A stretch of DNA of 62,390 nt from assembly GCA_030753015.1 (NCBI GenBank), contig JASMDC010000023.1, forward strand, positions 1-62,390, in the 5' to 3' direction. The notes beneath the pieces are model-generated. The model was given only the letters and a program-made list of their open reading frames with translations, was not told the origin of the DNA and made no database searches. The position numbers and the translations under genes were made by a program. The first letter of the stretch is position 1. Every line of letters begins with the position of its first letter. This document shows, piece by piece, positions 49,242-60,478 of this stretch. The stretch comes from Candidatus Undinarchaeales archaeon (GTDB lineage Archaea; SpSt-1190; JASMDC01).

Positions 49242-49334
49242 GGGCCGGGGCGCTCTTTTCTTCCAAAAGGTTTAAAACGATTGGGAGAAGACGTGCCGCC
49301 ACCATCAGTGGCTGATGTTCTTCAGGTGAACAAG

Positions 49335-49883
49335 ATGAGCATGTACAAGCACATGGCACTCGCATGGCGCAAGACCAAGACGTCCCCATTCAAGGACGCC
49401 CAAAGGGAGCGCTATATTAAATGGCGATCGGAGGGTTCCTTGGTCCGCGTCGACCGCCCGACCCGCCTCGATAAGGCACGATCCCTTGGCTACAAGGCCA
49501 AGCAAGGCATCCTCGTGGTACGCTCCCGCGTCAAGAAGGGTGGTCGCAAGCGCACTCGCCCGGTCCATGGTCGCCGCCCGAAACGAGCTGGTGCGATTAA
49601 GTTCTCACCTGGAAAGAACCTTCAGACCATCGCTGAGGTGCACGCTTCGCGGAAGTATGCCAATCTTGAGGTCCTCAACTCCTACATCGTGGGGAACGAC
49701 GGCGTCTCTGCTTGGTACGAGGTCATCATGATTGACCCGAACCATCCCGTGATCAAGTCTGACCGACAACTTTCCTGGATTACTGAGGGATCTCATCGTG
49801 GTCGTGCATTCCGTGGTCTTACCACAGCAGGCAAGCGTGGTCGGGGTCTGGCTAACAAGGGATGGGGCACAGAAAAGGTTTGA
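49335..49883 (+). CDS. rpl15e: 50S ribosomal protein L15e
   Basis: RPTRLDKARSLGYKAKQG, NLEVLNSY, YEVIMIDP.HP.IKSD, RGRAFRGLT. Confidence 0.97.
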   Translation: MSMYKHMALAWRKTKTSPFKDAQRERYIKWRSEGSLVRVDRPTRLDKARSLGYKAKQGILVVRSRVKKGGRKRTRPVHGRRPKRAGAIKFSPGKNLQTIAEVHASRKYANLEVLNSYIVGNDGVSAWYEVIMIDPNHPVIKSDRQLSWITEGSHRGRAFRGLTTAGKRGRGLANKGWGTEKV

Positions 49884-50314
49884 GGTTCTCCTCCCTCTCG
49901 GCTAGAGCATTCTGCCAGGCAACTGAGTCGGTGGAGAAGGTACGGGCGGCACTCCGCACGTTCATTCCCGATGATACCGGACTGAGCTTACGCTCCGCTT
50001 CCGGTCACTTCGGCAATCCCATTACTATCATAGAGGGGCGTATCGAGAGCGCCCGGGCCATCCGGGAGGTCCTTTCACGCGTCCCGGTAGAAGTCCCCGC
50101 TGTTCCTACCTCTCGCGGATCTGCTTTCGTGCTCCGCTTCGACAAGGCTTCAGCACTCACGGGTGCCCTTGTTTCCGGAACAGACGATCCTATTCTCGTC
50201 AGAATCGCAGTAAACATGTGGGGATGCTCCTTAGAGTGGGATGAAGTCATTTCCGAAGTAAGAAAAAAGGGCACGGGAAGCCATTCTTCACCAGAAGTGG
50301 ATTCATCTGAATAA
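49862..50314 (+). CDS. Archaeal RNA-binding protein (PF01877-like)
   Basis: FCQATES.EKV..AL, GHFGNPI, LRFDK..A; usual position after rpl15e; true start may be TTG 49880. Confidence 0.8.
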   Translation: MGHRKGLRFSSLSARAFCQATESVEKVRAALRTFIPDDTGLSLRSASGHFGNPITIIEGRIESARAIREVLSRVPVEVPAVPTSRGSAFVLRFDKASALTGALVSGTDDPILVRIAVNMWGCSLEWDEVISEVRKKGTGSHSSPEVDSSE

Positions 50315-50553
50315 TCTATAAAATAAGAAAGAAGAGAGAAAGGAAGGGAGACAAGTGCAATATAGAGAAGTCGCTCACGCTTTATTAATCCTTCTGCTAA
50401 CGGCAGTTAATGGTTAGTCTAAATCGGAAGAATTGGCCGTTATATTTGGTTTTAATATTCATTTATGTTCATCTATGTTAATAGCGCGATAATTTCGGTT
50501 TAAACACGCAAATAGGAAAGATATATATGGTAAAAAAGATAATGAATGATTAG

Positions 50554-51489
50554 ATGGGATTTCGCACGAATGCCCTTATCGTGTTCATCCTACTCGCTCT
50601 CGCTAGCGGACGCATCATAGAGGAGCAAGTCGTCACCGTCTCCGTTGGTGACAACCTCGCTTGCCACTTCCAAATCGCACTGAACAAGACCATCGAGCAG
50701 GGAGAACCGTATCGCCTCATCGGCATCAACCATGTGCTCCCCAAGGGGGTCCAGCAGGTGAGAGTGTACGATACCGGAGGGCCGGTGGAGTATAGCCAGA
50801 CTGCTCGTGAGTCCGATACGCTTTTCCATATCCCGTATCGAGAACCATTAGTCGAGCGGGACTCAAAGATCATTTATATCGAGTACGATCAGTCAGATTG
50901 CGTTCGCCAAGCTGATGACTCGTATGAACTATCCACCCGGTTCTCTCTGCTCTCCGACACAGCCCTCTTCCGGCTCACGTTGATCCTTCCTGAGGGTTAT
51001 GTCCTTCCAGTAGAACTGGACAAAGAACCTTCACAGCTGCGTCCTGTAATCAGCCCCAACGCCATTATCCGCACGGACGGTAGGAAGCTTGAGTTCGAGT
51101 GGGAGCGACGCGACCTAGCCAGCGAAGAGAGCCTGTGGTACTTCGTCCGTTTCAATCCAATAGCACGAAACAGCACGCCGTATTGGGCCGTAGCAGCGGT
51201 CATCGCCGTAGCGGCAGCCTTCCGCATTGGGCAGTCATTCCCGCGCACGGTCCGTAAGCCCCGGACCTTCGGATTCGTGCTCAGGGACGATGAGAGAAAG
51301 GTGGTTGATGCCCTTCTTGAATCCGGAGGTGAACTGAAGCAGAGCGATCTTGCGAGGGTCGTGGGGTACTCAAAGGCGAAGGTTTCCTACATGGTCCGGG
51401 ACCTGGAGAAGCGAGGCATTCTGAAGAAAAGCCCGTTGGGGCGCACCAACCGCATCACGTTGCTGGTCGAGCGCGAGGACCTGGAGTAA
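50554..51489 (+). CDS. Membrane-anchored protein with extracellular domain, TM and C-terminal winged HTH
   Basis: Signal peptide, TM YWAVAAVIAVAAAF, DERKVV..L...GG...QSDL....YSKAKVS..V.DLEKRG......GRTN. Confidence 0.85.
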   Translation: MGFRTNALIVFILLALASGRIIEEQVVTVSVGDNLACHFQIALNKTIEQGEPYRLIGINHVLPKGVQQVRVYDTGGPVEYSQTARESDTLFHIPYREPLVERDSKIIYIEYDQSDCVRQADDSYELSTRFSLLSDTALFRLTLILPEGYVLPVELDKEPSQLRPVISPNAIIRTDGRKLEFEWERRDLASEESLWYFVRFNPIARNSTPYWAVAAVIAVAAAFRIGQSFPRTVRKPRTFGFVLRDDERKVVDALLESGGELKQSDLARVVGYSKAKVSYMVRDLEKRGILKKSPLGRTNRITLLVEREDLE

Positions 51490-51516
51490 GGAGGGAGGGG
51501 CACGAAGCCCCCCCCA

Positions 51517-51591
51517 TGGGCCCGGCAGGATTCGAACCCGCGACCTTCTGGTCCGAAGCCAGACGTCATATCCAGGCTAGACCACGAGCCC
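51517..51591 (-). tRNA. tRNA-Arg(TCG)
   Basis: Minus strand GGGCTCGTGGTCTAGCCTGGATATGACG-TCTGG-CTTCGGA-CCAGA-AGGTCGCGGGTTCGAATCCTGCCGGGCCCA. Confidence 0.95.
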
Positions 51592-51650
51592 GCAAGTTCG
51601 TACGGCTGCTGTAAACCTATAAAGCTTGTGGGGACGGCCCGGCTCCGACC

Positions 51651-52484
51651 TCACTCATCATAGATGAAGACCGGTTCAGGATAGTGACGTATCTTTTGGA
51701 GCTTCCAGCGGTTCCGGGTCTCCTCGCACAGGATCCGGTCCATCTGTTCCGCGGTAAGGTCCGAACGAAGGATGCTAAGTGGGATGTCGAGCCGGAGTGG
51801 CCGGCCCGGGATGACGTGACGTGTGGACTTGGGAGGGAATAGCTTGTCCGCCAGTGCTCGCTCCACCACCTCCTGCTTGCTGTATACGGGGCGAAGGAGA
51901 AGGAGAACACACAGAGGATCTGCAGCAAGAATCTTCTCGCAGGGCTCGTCACCCACAAGGCGATACGTGATCCCGTGCTCCTGAATCTCCTTGAGGACCG
52001 CTTGGTCCATGTTGATGAACCGTTCAAGATCGAAGCCGTCTTTAGGCGTATACACGTGCACGTTGCCTTCACCCCGTGCAAGTACGCCGAACGATGCGGT
52101 GCGCTCAGCCATCTTTTTCTGGGCCTCAGCCACGGGAAGTTCCTGTCGCTCGAGATGGGGTGCCGTCCGTTCTATGATTGCGCATAGCTCGTCCGAGCTT
52201 AAGTTGTCAAGGGACAAGTACCAGCCCTTGAGCTCGATGCTATCGTCGAAGTAATCAACTATACAGGCCACGATCCCTCTGCAATTAAGGCGTTTGAGGG
52301 CTGCGAACCGGTGCATACCGTCGATGACGATGTACTCCCCATCCACTTCAGTAGCGATAATGGGATTACGCTGGAGGCCCGAGTGAGCGATTAGGTCTGC
52401 GATACGGCGCGCTGGCTTATCGAGAGTGAGTTCGTGGATGTGAGTCTGGGATAGGGGGATGATCCTAAGGTTTGGCAGTTCCAC
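51651..52484 (-). CDS. ParB/Srx-fold protein, SerK-like free-serine kinase candidate
   Basis: HE, NPII...YIVIDGMHRF.AL, C-terminal K.EVV..A...LFPPKSTRH. Confidence 0.7.
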   Translation of the reverse strand: MELPNLRIIPLSQTHIHELTLDKPARRIADLIAHSGLQRNPIIATEVDGEYIVIDGMHRFAALKRLNCRGIVACIVDYFDDSIELKGWYLSLDNLSSDELCAIIERTAPHLERQELPVAEAQKKMAERTASFGVLARGEGNVHVYTPKDGFDLERFINMDQAVLKEIQEHGITYRLVGDEPCEKILAADPLCVLLLLRPVYSKQEVVERALADKLFPPKSTRHVIPGRPLRLDIPLSILRSDLTAEQMDRILCEETRNRWKLQKIRHYPEPVFIYDE

Positions 52485-53055
52485 GACGTATCTCCATCCC
52501 TGCCTCGAAGGCTACGATGTTAGTAGCGGCGAACCGCTCGGGCGAGCCTTCAGTTATGCTCTTTTTAATGCTTTTCGTCTCCACGGGGATTCCGTCCGCG
52601 AGGTATCCCAAGGCCACGACGTTGGCGAGGATCGACCCGCCCAACGGGATAGCGGCTGCGGTAAGGTCCACTACTTCCAGACGTTTAGTATAACGTCCCA
52701 GGCACTCGAGAATGTCCTTCCGAGAAGGGTACTCGGCAAGTCCGAGCGTTACGGGCAATGGAACTATCCGAAGATCGTTCACAACCACCCTGCTCTCATT
52801 AGAAAGGAGTGCCGTCTGCCGCATGGGTTCGAGGAGCTCAAAAGAAACCATGAGGTCGCAGGCCCTGTCGGGCACGAGAGGTGCGATCGCATCCTCGTCC
52901 GTTCGAAGGTGCGTCAGGAGGAAACCCCCGCGCTGGGACATACCGTGGGTCTCTGCGCAAAGGACAGGTCTATCCTCCAGAAGGAAAGCGCCTGCCAAGG
53001 TCTTTGAGGCGAAGAGCACACCCTGGCCACCGACACCACAGATGTTGATGTTCAC
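52465..53055 (-). CDS. iorB: Indolepyruvate:ferredoxin oxidoreductase beta subunit
   Basis: ICGVGGQG, ETHGMSQRGG, FELLE; GTGA overlap with iorA. Confidence 0.93.
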   Translation of the reverse strand: MNINICGVGGQGVLFASKTLAGAFLLEDRPVLCAETHGMSQRGGFLLTHLRTDEDAIAPLVPDRACDLMVSFELLEPMRQTALLSNESRVVVNDLRIVPLPVTLGLAEYPSRKDILECLGRYTKRLEVVDLTAAAIPLGGSILANVVALGYLADGIPVETKSIKKSITEGSPERFAATNIVAFEAGMEIRRGTAKP

Positions 53056-54836
53056 GCGTCCCCACCTCCCGGGAGTACGAACGCTCCATGTGGACATATC
53101 TGTACGCATACGCCGCAGGACGTGCACAATGCCTCGTCGATGGCGACTCCACCTTCGATCCGGACGATGGCGGGGCATCCGAATGTGTTGATACAGACCT
53201 GGCAATCATTGCACCCGTCCACGACCGGGACGAGCTTCTTACGCTTGGCTTTGAACACACAGGGGCTACGGAGGATGACCACGGACACGCCGTCGTGAGC
53301 ATTGGCCTCTTTGAAGACCGCAATGGCGGCCGAAATGTCCTGAGGGTCCGTGATCTGCACGAACTCGACACCACAGGCACGCACCAAGGCCTCCATGTCG
53401 ACTGCGGGCGCGGGTTCGCCGGTGACGAGCCGTCCCGTGCCGGGATTTTCCTGGTGACCGGTCATCGCGGTGATGCGGTTATCGAGGATGACGACCGTGA
53501 TACGGGCCTTGTTGTACACGGCATTGATGAGGCCTGTGATACCTGAGTGAAAGAACGTTGAATCACCTATGACCGCGGAGGGGCGTTCATCAAGACCGGC
53601 AAAGTCCATACCGGACGCTTTTCCTATACTGGCACCCATGTCGAGGCAGGTGTCGATCCCCTTGAGAGGTGGAGCGAGCCCCAGCGTATAGCAGCCGATA
53701 TCGCCCGCTACAACTCGGCACTTGGCCCTTTTCATGGCATAGTAAGCTGAGCGATGGGAGCAACCCGGGCACAGTACGGGGGGGCGTGGAGGGACGGTCT
53801 CCGCGACAGGGGCGGTCTGCTCCCGTCCCAGGGCGGTCATCGCTCGATCAACGGTCATCTCCCCGTCATGTTGTACATGACCAGAGACCTTCCCGCGCAC
53901 CTCATGAGTGCATACGCGCAGGGCGTCCTCTTCCAGGAAGGGATCTCCATCCTCGAACACATAGATACGCTCCACTCTGCTGTCGAGCTCCTTGATGAGC
54001 GCTAGCGGGGGCGGGTAGGTGGCCACAGTGAGAAGGACCGCTTTCAGCCCGACCCTGGCCACTGCCTCTTTTGCGTATCTAGCTGCGGGGCCGGTGGCGA
54101 TGACGCCGATATCGCCCTCACCCTCTAGACGGTTATGGGGGAATGCGTCGATAGCCGCCATTATGTCAGGCTGCCGGTCCAAGAGCTGGCGATAACGCCT
54201 GCGAGCGTTGGCTGGAATCATGATGAACCGCCCCGGGTCCTTTGTGAACGAGCCCTTACGCTCTGGGCGAGTGTCCGGTCCGAAGGTCACCGGACCACGG
54301 GTATGGCACACCCGCGTGGTGAGGCGGAGGATGACGGGGATCTCGAACCGCTCAGACAGCTCGAAACCGGCCACGACGAAGTCCTTGGCCTCCTGCGGAT
54401 CTGCGGGTACGAGGGTGAGGGTCTTGGCACCCTTCACGTACATTCGTGAGTCCTGCTCGTTCTGCGAGGAATGCATCCCCGGATCATCGCCTACGGCAAC
54501 CACAAGGCCGCCCACTGTGCCTGTGTTGGTCAGAGACATGAAGGGATCCGCTGCGACGTTGAGCCCAACGTGTTTCATAGTGACAAGTGCTCTAGCGCCG
54601 GCGTAGGAAGCACCGGCTGCGACCTCGAGCGCCACCTTCTCATTGATGGACCATTCCACGTGGATGTCACGGGCCGTGGCCACAGGGGCCAGTGTCTCGA
54701 TAATCTCACTGGACGGGGTACCCGGGTATCCCGAGGCAACGGTCACTCCGGCCTCAAGCGCACCACGGGCAACCGCCTCGTTCCCCATGAGGAGGACCTT
54801 TGCACCCTCAGTCGCCTCGATCCTGACCTTGCTCAT
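53052..54836 (-). CDS. iorA: Indolepyruvate:ferredoxin oxidoreductase alpha subunit
   Basis: GNEAVARGA, YPGTPSSEI, MKHVGLNVAAD, SSQNEQD, RPPVLCPGCSHR, GDIGCY, GDSTFFHSG, C-terminal 2x[4Fe-4S]. Confidence 0.96.
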   Translation of the reverse strand: MSKVRIEATEGAKVLLMGNEAVARGALEAGVTVASGYPGTPSSEIIETLAPVATARDIHVEWSINEKVALEVAAGASYAGARALVTMKHVGLNVAADPFMSLTNTGTVGGLVVAVGDDPGMHSSQNEQDSRMYVKGAKTLTLVPADPQEAKDFVVAGFELSERFEIPVILRLTTRVCHTRGPVTFGPDTRPERKGSFTKDPGRFIMIPANARRRYRQLLDRQPDIMAAIDAFPHNRLEGEGDIGVIATGPAARYAKEAVARVGLKAVLLTVATYPPPLALIKELDSRVERIYVFEDGDPFLEEDALRVCTHEVRGKVSGHVQHDGEMTVDRAMTALGREQTAPVAETVPPRPPVLCPGCSHRSAYYAMKRAKCRVVAGDIGCYTLGLAPPLKGIDTCLDMGASIGKASGMDFAGLDERPSAVIGDSTFFHSGITGLINAVYNKARITVVILDNRITAMTGHQENPGTGRLVTGEPAPAVDMEALVRACGVEFVQITDPQDISAAIAVFKEANAHDGVSVVILRSPCVFKAKRKKLVPVVDGCNDCQVCINTFGCPAIVRIEGGVAIDEALCTSCGVCVQICPHGAFVLPGGGDA

Positions 54837-54946
54837 GGGAGCGGAGGTAGGAAAGCGGCTTAAAAACCTTGGGGAAGAACCGCGGGTGTCACTGTCAAGC
54901 ATTCCCCGAAAACTTATAAAACCGGCCTCGCGTCCGTCCATCCGCT

Positions 54947-57016
54947 ATGGGGCACACCCTTATCATCGCGGAGAAACCTCGGGCCGCCGCCCGAATTGCT
55001 GCGGCCTTGGCCGACGGTGAGGTGATCAAGAAAGGAAGTAAGGGCGTCTCATCGTATTCGCTCACTCGAAAAGGCCAGAAGATTGTCGTTGCTGCCGCCG
55101 TTGGCCACATCTACTCCCTCCGTCAGAATGATAAGAAGGGCTGGGTGTACCCGGTGTTCGACGTGGACTGGGCCCCTGCGCACGAGGTTCGCAAGGATGG
55201 GGCATACACGAAGAAGTACCTCACTGCCCTCAAGGCGGCGGCCAAGGGTGCCGAGCGCTTCGTAGTGGCCTGCGACTTCGACATCGAGGGTAGCGTTATC
55301 GGGTTCAACGTACTGAGGTTCGCCTGTAAGAAGAAGGACGGCGCCCGGATGCACTTCTCCACCCTCACCAAGCACGAGCTTGAAGAGGCTTTCGAGAAGG
55401 CTAATCCTTCTCTCGATTGGGGTATGGTGGAAGCGGGGCTCACCCGCCATGTAGCCGACTGGTTCTTCGGTATCAACCTCTCACGGGCTCTTACACTGGC
55501 CATCAAGAACGCTGTCGGGATGTTTAAGGTCATGAGCACAGGCCGCGTCCAAGGCCCCACGCTCGCCATCCTGTGCGAGCGCGAGCTCGAGATCAAGGCT
55601 TTCGAGCCCACGCCGTTCTGGCAGCTCGAGCTCCATGCCTTGGTGGACGGGGCTGAGATCGTGGCGCTCCACGCTGCCGACAAGTTCTGGAAGGAGAATG
55701 AGGCCACGACCGCCCACTCACGCTCCCAGGCCGATCCCGGTATCGTTCAAGACGTTTCCCGGAAGAAGTTCGAGCAGGCCGTACCGCCGCCCTTCGACCT
55801 CACTTCGCTCCAATCCGAGGCATACAAACAGTTCAGCTTCGCCCCCACACGCACTCAGGAGCTTGCTCAGACACTCTATGAGTCGGGGCTCATCTCGTAC
55901 CCCCGTACATCGAGCCAGAAGCTCCCCGAACGCATCGGATTCAAAGAGATCCTCAAGGGACTTGCCTCCCTCTTTCCCAAGGAGGTCGAGCTCCTCTTGG
56001 GCATGAAGAAGCTCGTCCCCAAGGAGGGGAAGAAAGAGGATTCTGCCCACCCCGCCATCTACCCCACTGGCGAGAAGCCCAAGATGCTCACCGATCAGGA
56101 GCGAAAGCTCTTCGATCTTATCGCCCGCCGTTTCCTTGCGGTCTTTGGAGAACCCGCCGTTCGGGAGAGCCTGAAGGTCACCATCCGCGTGGGCGAGGAA
56201 GACTTCATCGCAGAGGGGAAGCGCACGGTGGAACCGAACTGGCACACACTCTATGGACCCTTTGCTAAGTTCGAGGAGGTGCTCCTCCCGAACATGGACA
56301 AAGGGCAGGAGGTCAGTGTACAGAGCATCGACCTTCTTTCGAAGGAGACGCAGCCCCCCCGGCGCTTCTCGCCCGCGTCACTTGTCAAGCGGATGGAGAA
56401 AGAGAACATCGGCACCAAGGCAACGAGAGCATCCACGGTGGACACCCTTTCATCGCGAGGGTACGTGACCGGGGATATTATCGAGGTCACTGAACTAGGT
56501 CTTCAAGTCTACTCCATCCTCACCAAGTACAGCCCGCGTATCCTCGATGTCGAGCTAACACGCCAGTTCGAGGATGACATGATCCGCATCCAGGAGCGAA
56601 AGACCGACCGGAAAGAGGTGCTCGAGCGACTGCGTTCCAAGCTCGAGGACATCCTAACGGAGTTCAAGTCCAACGAGGACAAGATCGGAAAAGAACTTGC
56701 TGATGCTATCAGAGCCACCAACCGTGCAGCCCTGGTCATAGGCCCCTGTCCGGTATGCGGGAAGGGCGACGTTCGCATCATCCGTAGCAAGAAGAGCGGT
56801 AAGCGCTTCGCGGGATGTTCGAACTACCCCGAGTGCTCCAACTCTTACCCCCTACCCCAGCGCGGGAACATCATCGGTAGTAAGAAACCATGCCCGACAT
56901 GCAATCACCCCAGGATTACGGTGAAGGGCGGCGGCAGGCGACCTTGGAGGATGTGCCTGAATATGGAATGCCCGAGTCGGGAACGGAAAGAAGAAAACGG
57001 AGGGAATAATCCGTGA
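54947..57016 (+). CDS. topA: DNA topoisomerase I (type IA, archaeal)
   Basis: [56 protein letters not shown]-terminal zinc ribbons. Confidence 0.97.
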   Translation: MGHTLIIAEKPRAAARIAAALADGEVIKKGSKGVSSYSLTRKGQKIVVAAAVGHIYSLRQNDKKGWVYPVFDVDWAPAHEVRKDGAYTKKYLTALKAAAKGAERFVVACDFDIEGSVIGFNVLRFACKKKDGARMHFSTLTKHELEEAFEKANPSLDWGMVEAGLTRHVADWFFGINLSRALTLAIKNAVGMFKVMSTGRVQGPTLAILCERELEIKAFEPTPFWQLELHALVDGAEIVALHAADKFWKENEATTAHSRSQADPGIVQDVSRKKFEQAVPPPFDLTSLQSEAYKQFSFAPTRTQELAQTLYESGLISYPRTSSQKLPERIGFKEILKGLASLFPKEVELLLGMKKLVPKEGKKEDSAHPAIYPTGEKPKMLTDQERKLFDLIARRFLAVFGEPAVRESLKVTIRVGEEDFIAEGKRTVEPNWHTLYGPFAKFEEVLLPNMDKGQEVSVQSIDLLSKETQPPRRFSPASLVKRMEKENIGTKATRASTVDTLSSRGYVTGDIIEVTELGLQVYSILTKYSPRILDVELTRQFEDDMIRIQERKTDRKEVLERLRSKLEDILTEFKSNEDKIGKELADAIRATNRAALVIGPCPVCGKGDVRIIRSKKSGKRFAGCSNYPECSNSYPLPQRGNIIGSKKPCPTCNHPRITVKGGGRRPWRMCLNMECPSRERKEENGGNNP

Positions 57017-59793
57017 GCGGTTATGACCACGCTCGGATCGAGCAGACATGGCAGAAGCGTTGGGAGGAGGCCGGTATCTTCAAGGTCTCCGAGGATCCCG
57101 CTAAAAAGAAGTTCTACTGCCTCGAGATGTATCCCTATCCATCGGCGACCCTCCACGCCGGTCACCTGCGTAACTACGCCCTTGGCGACACCCTCACCCG
57201 CTTCAAACGCATGCGGGGATACAATGTGCTCTACCCCATGGGCTACGATGCGTTCGGCCTACCCGCGGAGAACGCTGCCATCAAGCATAGCACCGATCCT
57301 GAGACGTGGACCTGGGACAACATCAACGCCATCAAGGTCCAGCAGAAGCGCATGGGACTAAGTTACGACTGGGACCGTCAGATCCAGAGCTGTACTGAGG
57401 ACTATTACCGCTGGAACCAATGGATCTTCCTCAAGCTCATGGAGAAGGGTCTGGTGGACCGACGCGGAGCCATCGTTAACTGGTGCCCGTCGTGCGCCAC
57501 CGTGCTGGCCAACGAGCAGAACATCAACGGCAAGTGCTGGCGCTGCTCCTCCACCGTGGAGTATAAGGACCTCACCCAGTGGTACTTCAAGATCACCGAG
57601 TATGCCGAAGAGCTGCTGTCCGGTCTAGAGGGCCTTGACTGGCCAGAGCGTGTCAAGATCATGCAGCGCAACTGGATCGGGCGCAGCGAGGGCACCATCA
57701 TCGAGTTCGAGGTCAAGGATACCGGTGAGACCGTGCCCATCTTCACAACCCGCGCCGACACCCTCTACGGCGTCACCTTCATGGTGTTCGCTCCCGAGCA
57801 TCCTTGGGTGCACACATGGGTGAAAGGCACCGAGTACGAGGAGGAGTTCAACGCCTTCCTTGCCGAAGTGCAACTGGAGGACAAGTTCGAGCGAACCGAC
57901 GCGGAGCATGAGAAGAAGGGTATGTTCATCGGGAAGCACGCAATACACCCCATCCTCGGGACGGAGATCCCGATCTACGTGGGTAATTTCGTTATCTACG
58001 AGTACGGTGCCGGGGCCGTTATGGCAGTTCCTGCTCACGACCAGCGCGACTTCGAGTTCGCTAAGAAATTCGACATCCCGATCATCGTGGTCATCCAGGC
58101 CCGTGGCTACAAGCTGGAAGCGGATAAGATGCACCGCGCATACATCGAGGACGGCGACCTGGTCAACTCGGCCGAGTTCGACGACTGGGAGAACCGCGAC
58201 GCGATCGACGCAATCGGGAAGAGGCTCAAGGAGATGGGTAAGGGAGGCCCCACGGTGAACTACCGACTCCGTGACTGGCTGATCTCACGTCAGCGCTACT
58301 GGGGCACACCGATCCCCATTATCTATTGCGACAAGTGCGGTATCGTCCCCGTGTCAGAGGACCAGCTGCCCGTTTTGCTTCCCAAGGACGTCACGTTCAG
58401 CGGGGGTGGGAATCCCCTGGAGACCTCCAAGGGATTCGTGAACACTACCTGCCCCACATGCGGCAAGCCGGCTCGACGCGAGACGGACACAATGGACACC
58501 TTCGTGGACTCGTCCTGGTACTTCCTGCGGTACTGCTCCCCTCAAGAGAACGCTGCTCCTTTCGCTCGGGACGCGGCCCAGTACTGGATGGCTGTGGACC
58601 AGTACATCGGTGGTATCGAGCATGCGGTGTTGCACCTGTTGTATGCTCGCTTCTTCACAAAGGCACTCCGGGACATGGAGCTCCACAGTATCGACGAGCC
58701 CTTCTCGGCCCTCCTGTGCCAAGGCATGGTGAACAAGGAGGCACCGTTCTGTGAGACGTGCGATATCCACCTCCAACCAGGCAGGCACGAGAATAGGAAA
58801 TGCGTCGAGTGCGGGAATCCCTATGTCATGCGCACGGCCAAGATGTCCAAGAGCCTGGGGAACACCGTCAACGTCATGGAGCTCATCGAGCGGGCGGGCG
58901 CCGACGCCTCGCGCTTGTTCATCCTCTTCGGCTCGAATCCCGAGAAGGAGTTCGAGTGGGCAGACCAGGGGCTGGAGAACGCGAGCAAATTCCTCCATAG
59001 GCTCTACCATACACTTAGTGAGCATCCCTCCGACGTGCGCGAGGACATCATCTCAACAGACGATCATATGCTCTTCCTGCTCCACCGCACCATCCGCAAT
59101 GCTACCCGCAACTACGAACAGTTATTGTTCCGTTGGGCAATCCATGAAGTGATGGCATTCACCAAAGAGCTCAGCCGATACAAGCTAGGGAGCGTCAACC
59201 GCAAGGTGTACGAGGAATGTGTCCGTAACCTCGCACTGCTCGTGGCCCCCATCACACCACACCTTGCTGAGGACGTGTGGGAGCACCACGGGAGGGGGGG
59301 ATTCATCTCGCTGGCATCGTGGCCCGAGCATGATCCGAAAGTGCTCACGCCCGAGTCAGAGTACCAGTGGGGCCTCTACAGCGCAATCTGCGACGATGTG
59401 GTAGAGATCCAGGGCATCCTGGGCAGCAACAAGCACGAAGCGATCACGCTCATCGGAGCTGCCGACTGGAAGTTCGACTTCATGCGGCGGTACTCGGAGG
59501 TCTCTGGCGACGAGCGCGATCAGGGCACGCTCATGAAGGCCGTCATGGAGGTGGACACCCTCCGCCGGTACGGGAAGCAGGTCTCACAGCTCATCCCACG
59601 TCTCCTGAAGAATCCCTCGTGGGTACCGTCACTCGTGCTGTCTGAGGATGACGATGCGCAGGCTCTGGAGCTAGTTGCCCCCATGGTGTCCAAACGTTTC
59701 GGATGCGCGGTGGAGGTCGTCCGCGAGACCCTCTCGAAGGACGCGAAGGCCACCCGGGCATTGCCGGGGAAGCCCGCGATCGTGGTACAATAG
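57013..59793 (+). CDS. leuS: Leucyl-tRNA synthetase (bacterial-type core, archaeal-type C-terminus)
   Basis: [90 protein letters not shown]. Confidence 0.97.
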   Translation: MSGYDHARIEQTWQKRWEEAGIFKVSEDPAKKKFYCLEMYPYPSATLHAGHLRNYALGDTLTRFKRMRGYNVLYPMGYDAFGLPAENAAIKHSTDPETWTWDNINAIKVQQKRMGLSYDWDRQIQSCTEDYYRWNQWIFLKLMEKGLVDRRGAIVNWCPSCATVLANEQNINGKCWRCSSTVEYKDLTQWYFKITEYAEELLSGLEGLDWPERVKIMQRNWIGRSEGTIIEFEVKDTGETVPIFTTRADTLYGVTFMVFAPEHPWVHTWVKGTEYEEEFNAFLAEVQLEDKFERTDAEHEKKGMFIGKHAIHPILGTEIPIYVGNFVIYEYGAGAVMAVPAHDQRDFEFAKKFDIPIIVVIQARGYKLEADKMHRAYIEDGDLVNSAEFDDWENRDAIDAIGKRLKEMGKGGPTVNYRLRDWLISRQRYWGTPIPIIYCDKCGIVPVSEDQLPVLLPKDVTFSGGGNPLETSKGFVNTTCPTCGKPARRETDTMDTFVDSSWYFLRYCSPQENAAPFARDAAQYWMAVDQYIGGIEHAVLHLLYARFFTKALRDMELHSIDEPFSALLCQGMVNKEAPFCETCDIHLQPGRHENRKCVECGNPYVMRTAKMSKSLGNTVNVMELIERAGADASRLFILFGSNPEKEFEWADQGLENASKFLHRLYHTLSEHPSDVREDIISTDDHMLFLLHRTIRNATRNYEQLLFRWAIHEVMAFTKELSRYKLGSVNRKVYEECVRNLALLVAPITPHLAEDVWEHHGRGGFISLASWPEHDPKVLTPESEYQWGLYSAICDDVVEIQGILGSNKHEAITLIGAADWKFDFMRRYSEVSGDERDQGTLMKAVMEVDTLRRYGKQVSQLIPRLLKNPSWVPSLVLSEDDDAQALELVAPMVSKRFGCAVEVVRETLSKDAKATRALPGKPAIVVQ

Positions 59794-59794
59794 C

Positions 59795-60472
59795 TCACTC
59801 GACCGGTCGACAGGGAGCCCCCCCCGGGAGCCCCATCCTCAGTCGCACGTTATCCAAGTCTGCGAGCTCTTCAGCTGTGAGCGCCACCTCTCCACCGAGC
59901 CGTCGGGCCCTGTACACCGTCTCTGCAAGATGCTCCACCTCCTCCAGGCGGTGATAAGCCTCCTCGAGGTCGCCACCGAAGGTCACGACACCGTGATTTG
60001 CCAGGAGCACCGCGTTGGCATCAGCAAGGAACGGTGCCACCGATTCCGGGACCTCCCACGTCGAGAGGGTCGCATAGGATGCCAAGGGTACGGCGCCCAC
60101 GGTGAGCACGCTCTCGGGTAGAACGGCGCGGTCCAAGGGGATGCGTGCCGTAGCGAAGGCCGTGCAGAATGGAGGGTGTGCATGGACCACCGCCGCCACA
60201 TCAGGTCGTACGGTGTACGCAGCCAGATGGAGCCTGAACTCGGAAGATTGCCTGTAGAGGCAATCCTGGCGAACGAGCTTGCCGGCACCGTCCACAAGCA
60301 CTATCTGTTCAGGTGACATCTCACCCTTGCACACCCCGGAAGGTGTTGTGAGGAACAGGTCATCCCCGCATCTGGCGGATATATTTCCCGACGTCGCCAC
60401 GACGTAGCGGTGATCGTACATCCGTCGACCTATGTCGCAGATACGCTGTCGCAACCAGTCGGGATTGGCCAT
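59795..60472 (-). CDS. Class II aldolase/adducin family protein (fuculose-phosphate aldolase-like)
   Basis: ICDIGRRMY...SGNISAR, TPSG..KG, SSE..LH, VVHAHPP, LLANHG, EEVEH.A. Confidence 0.92.
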   Translation of the reverse strand: MANPDWLRQRICDIGRRMYDHRYVVATSGNISARCGDDLFLTTPSGVCKGEMSPEQIVLVDGAGKLVRQDCLYRQSSEFRLHLAAYTVRPDVAAVVHAHPPFCTAFATARIPLDRAVLPESVLTVGAVPLASYATLSTWEVPESVAPFLADANAVLLANHGVVTFGGDLEEAYHRLEEVEHLAETVYRARRLGGEVALTAEELADLDNVRLRMGLPGGAPCRPVE

Positions 60473-60478
60473 TGGAAG

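Noticed and set aside
50315-50553. AT- and purine-rich spacer as a possible ncRNA or origin
   Set aside because: No stable structure or ORB-like repeats seen; explained by a terminator plus the promoter of the downstream gene.
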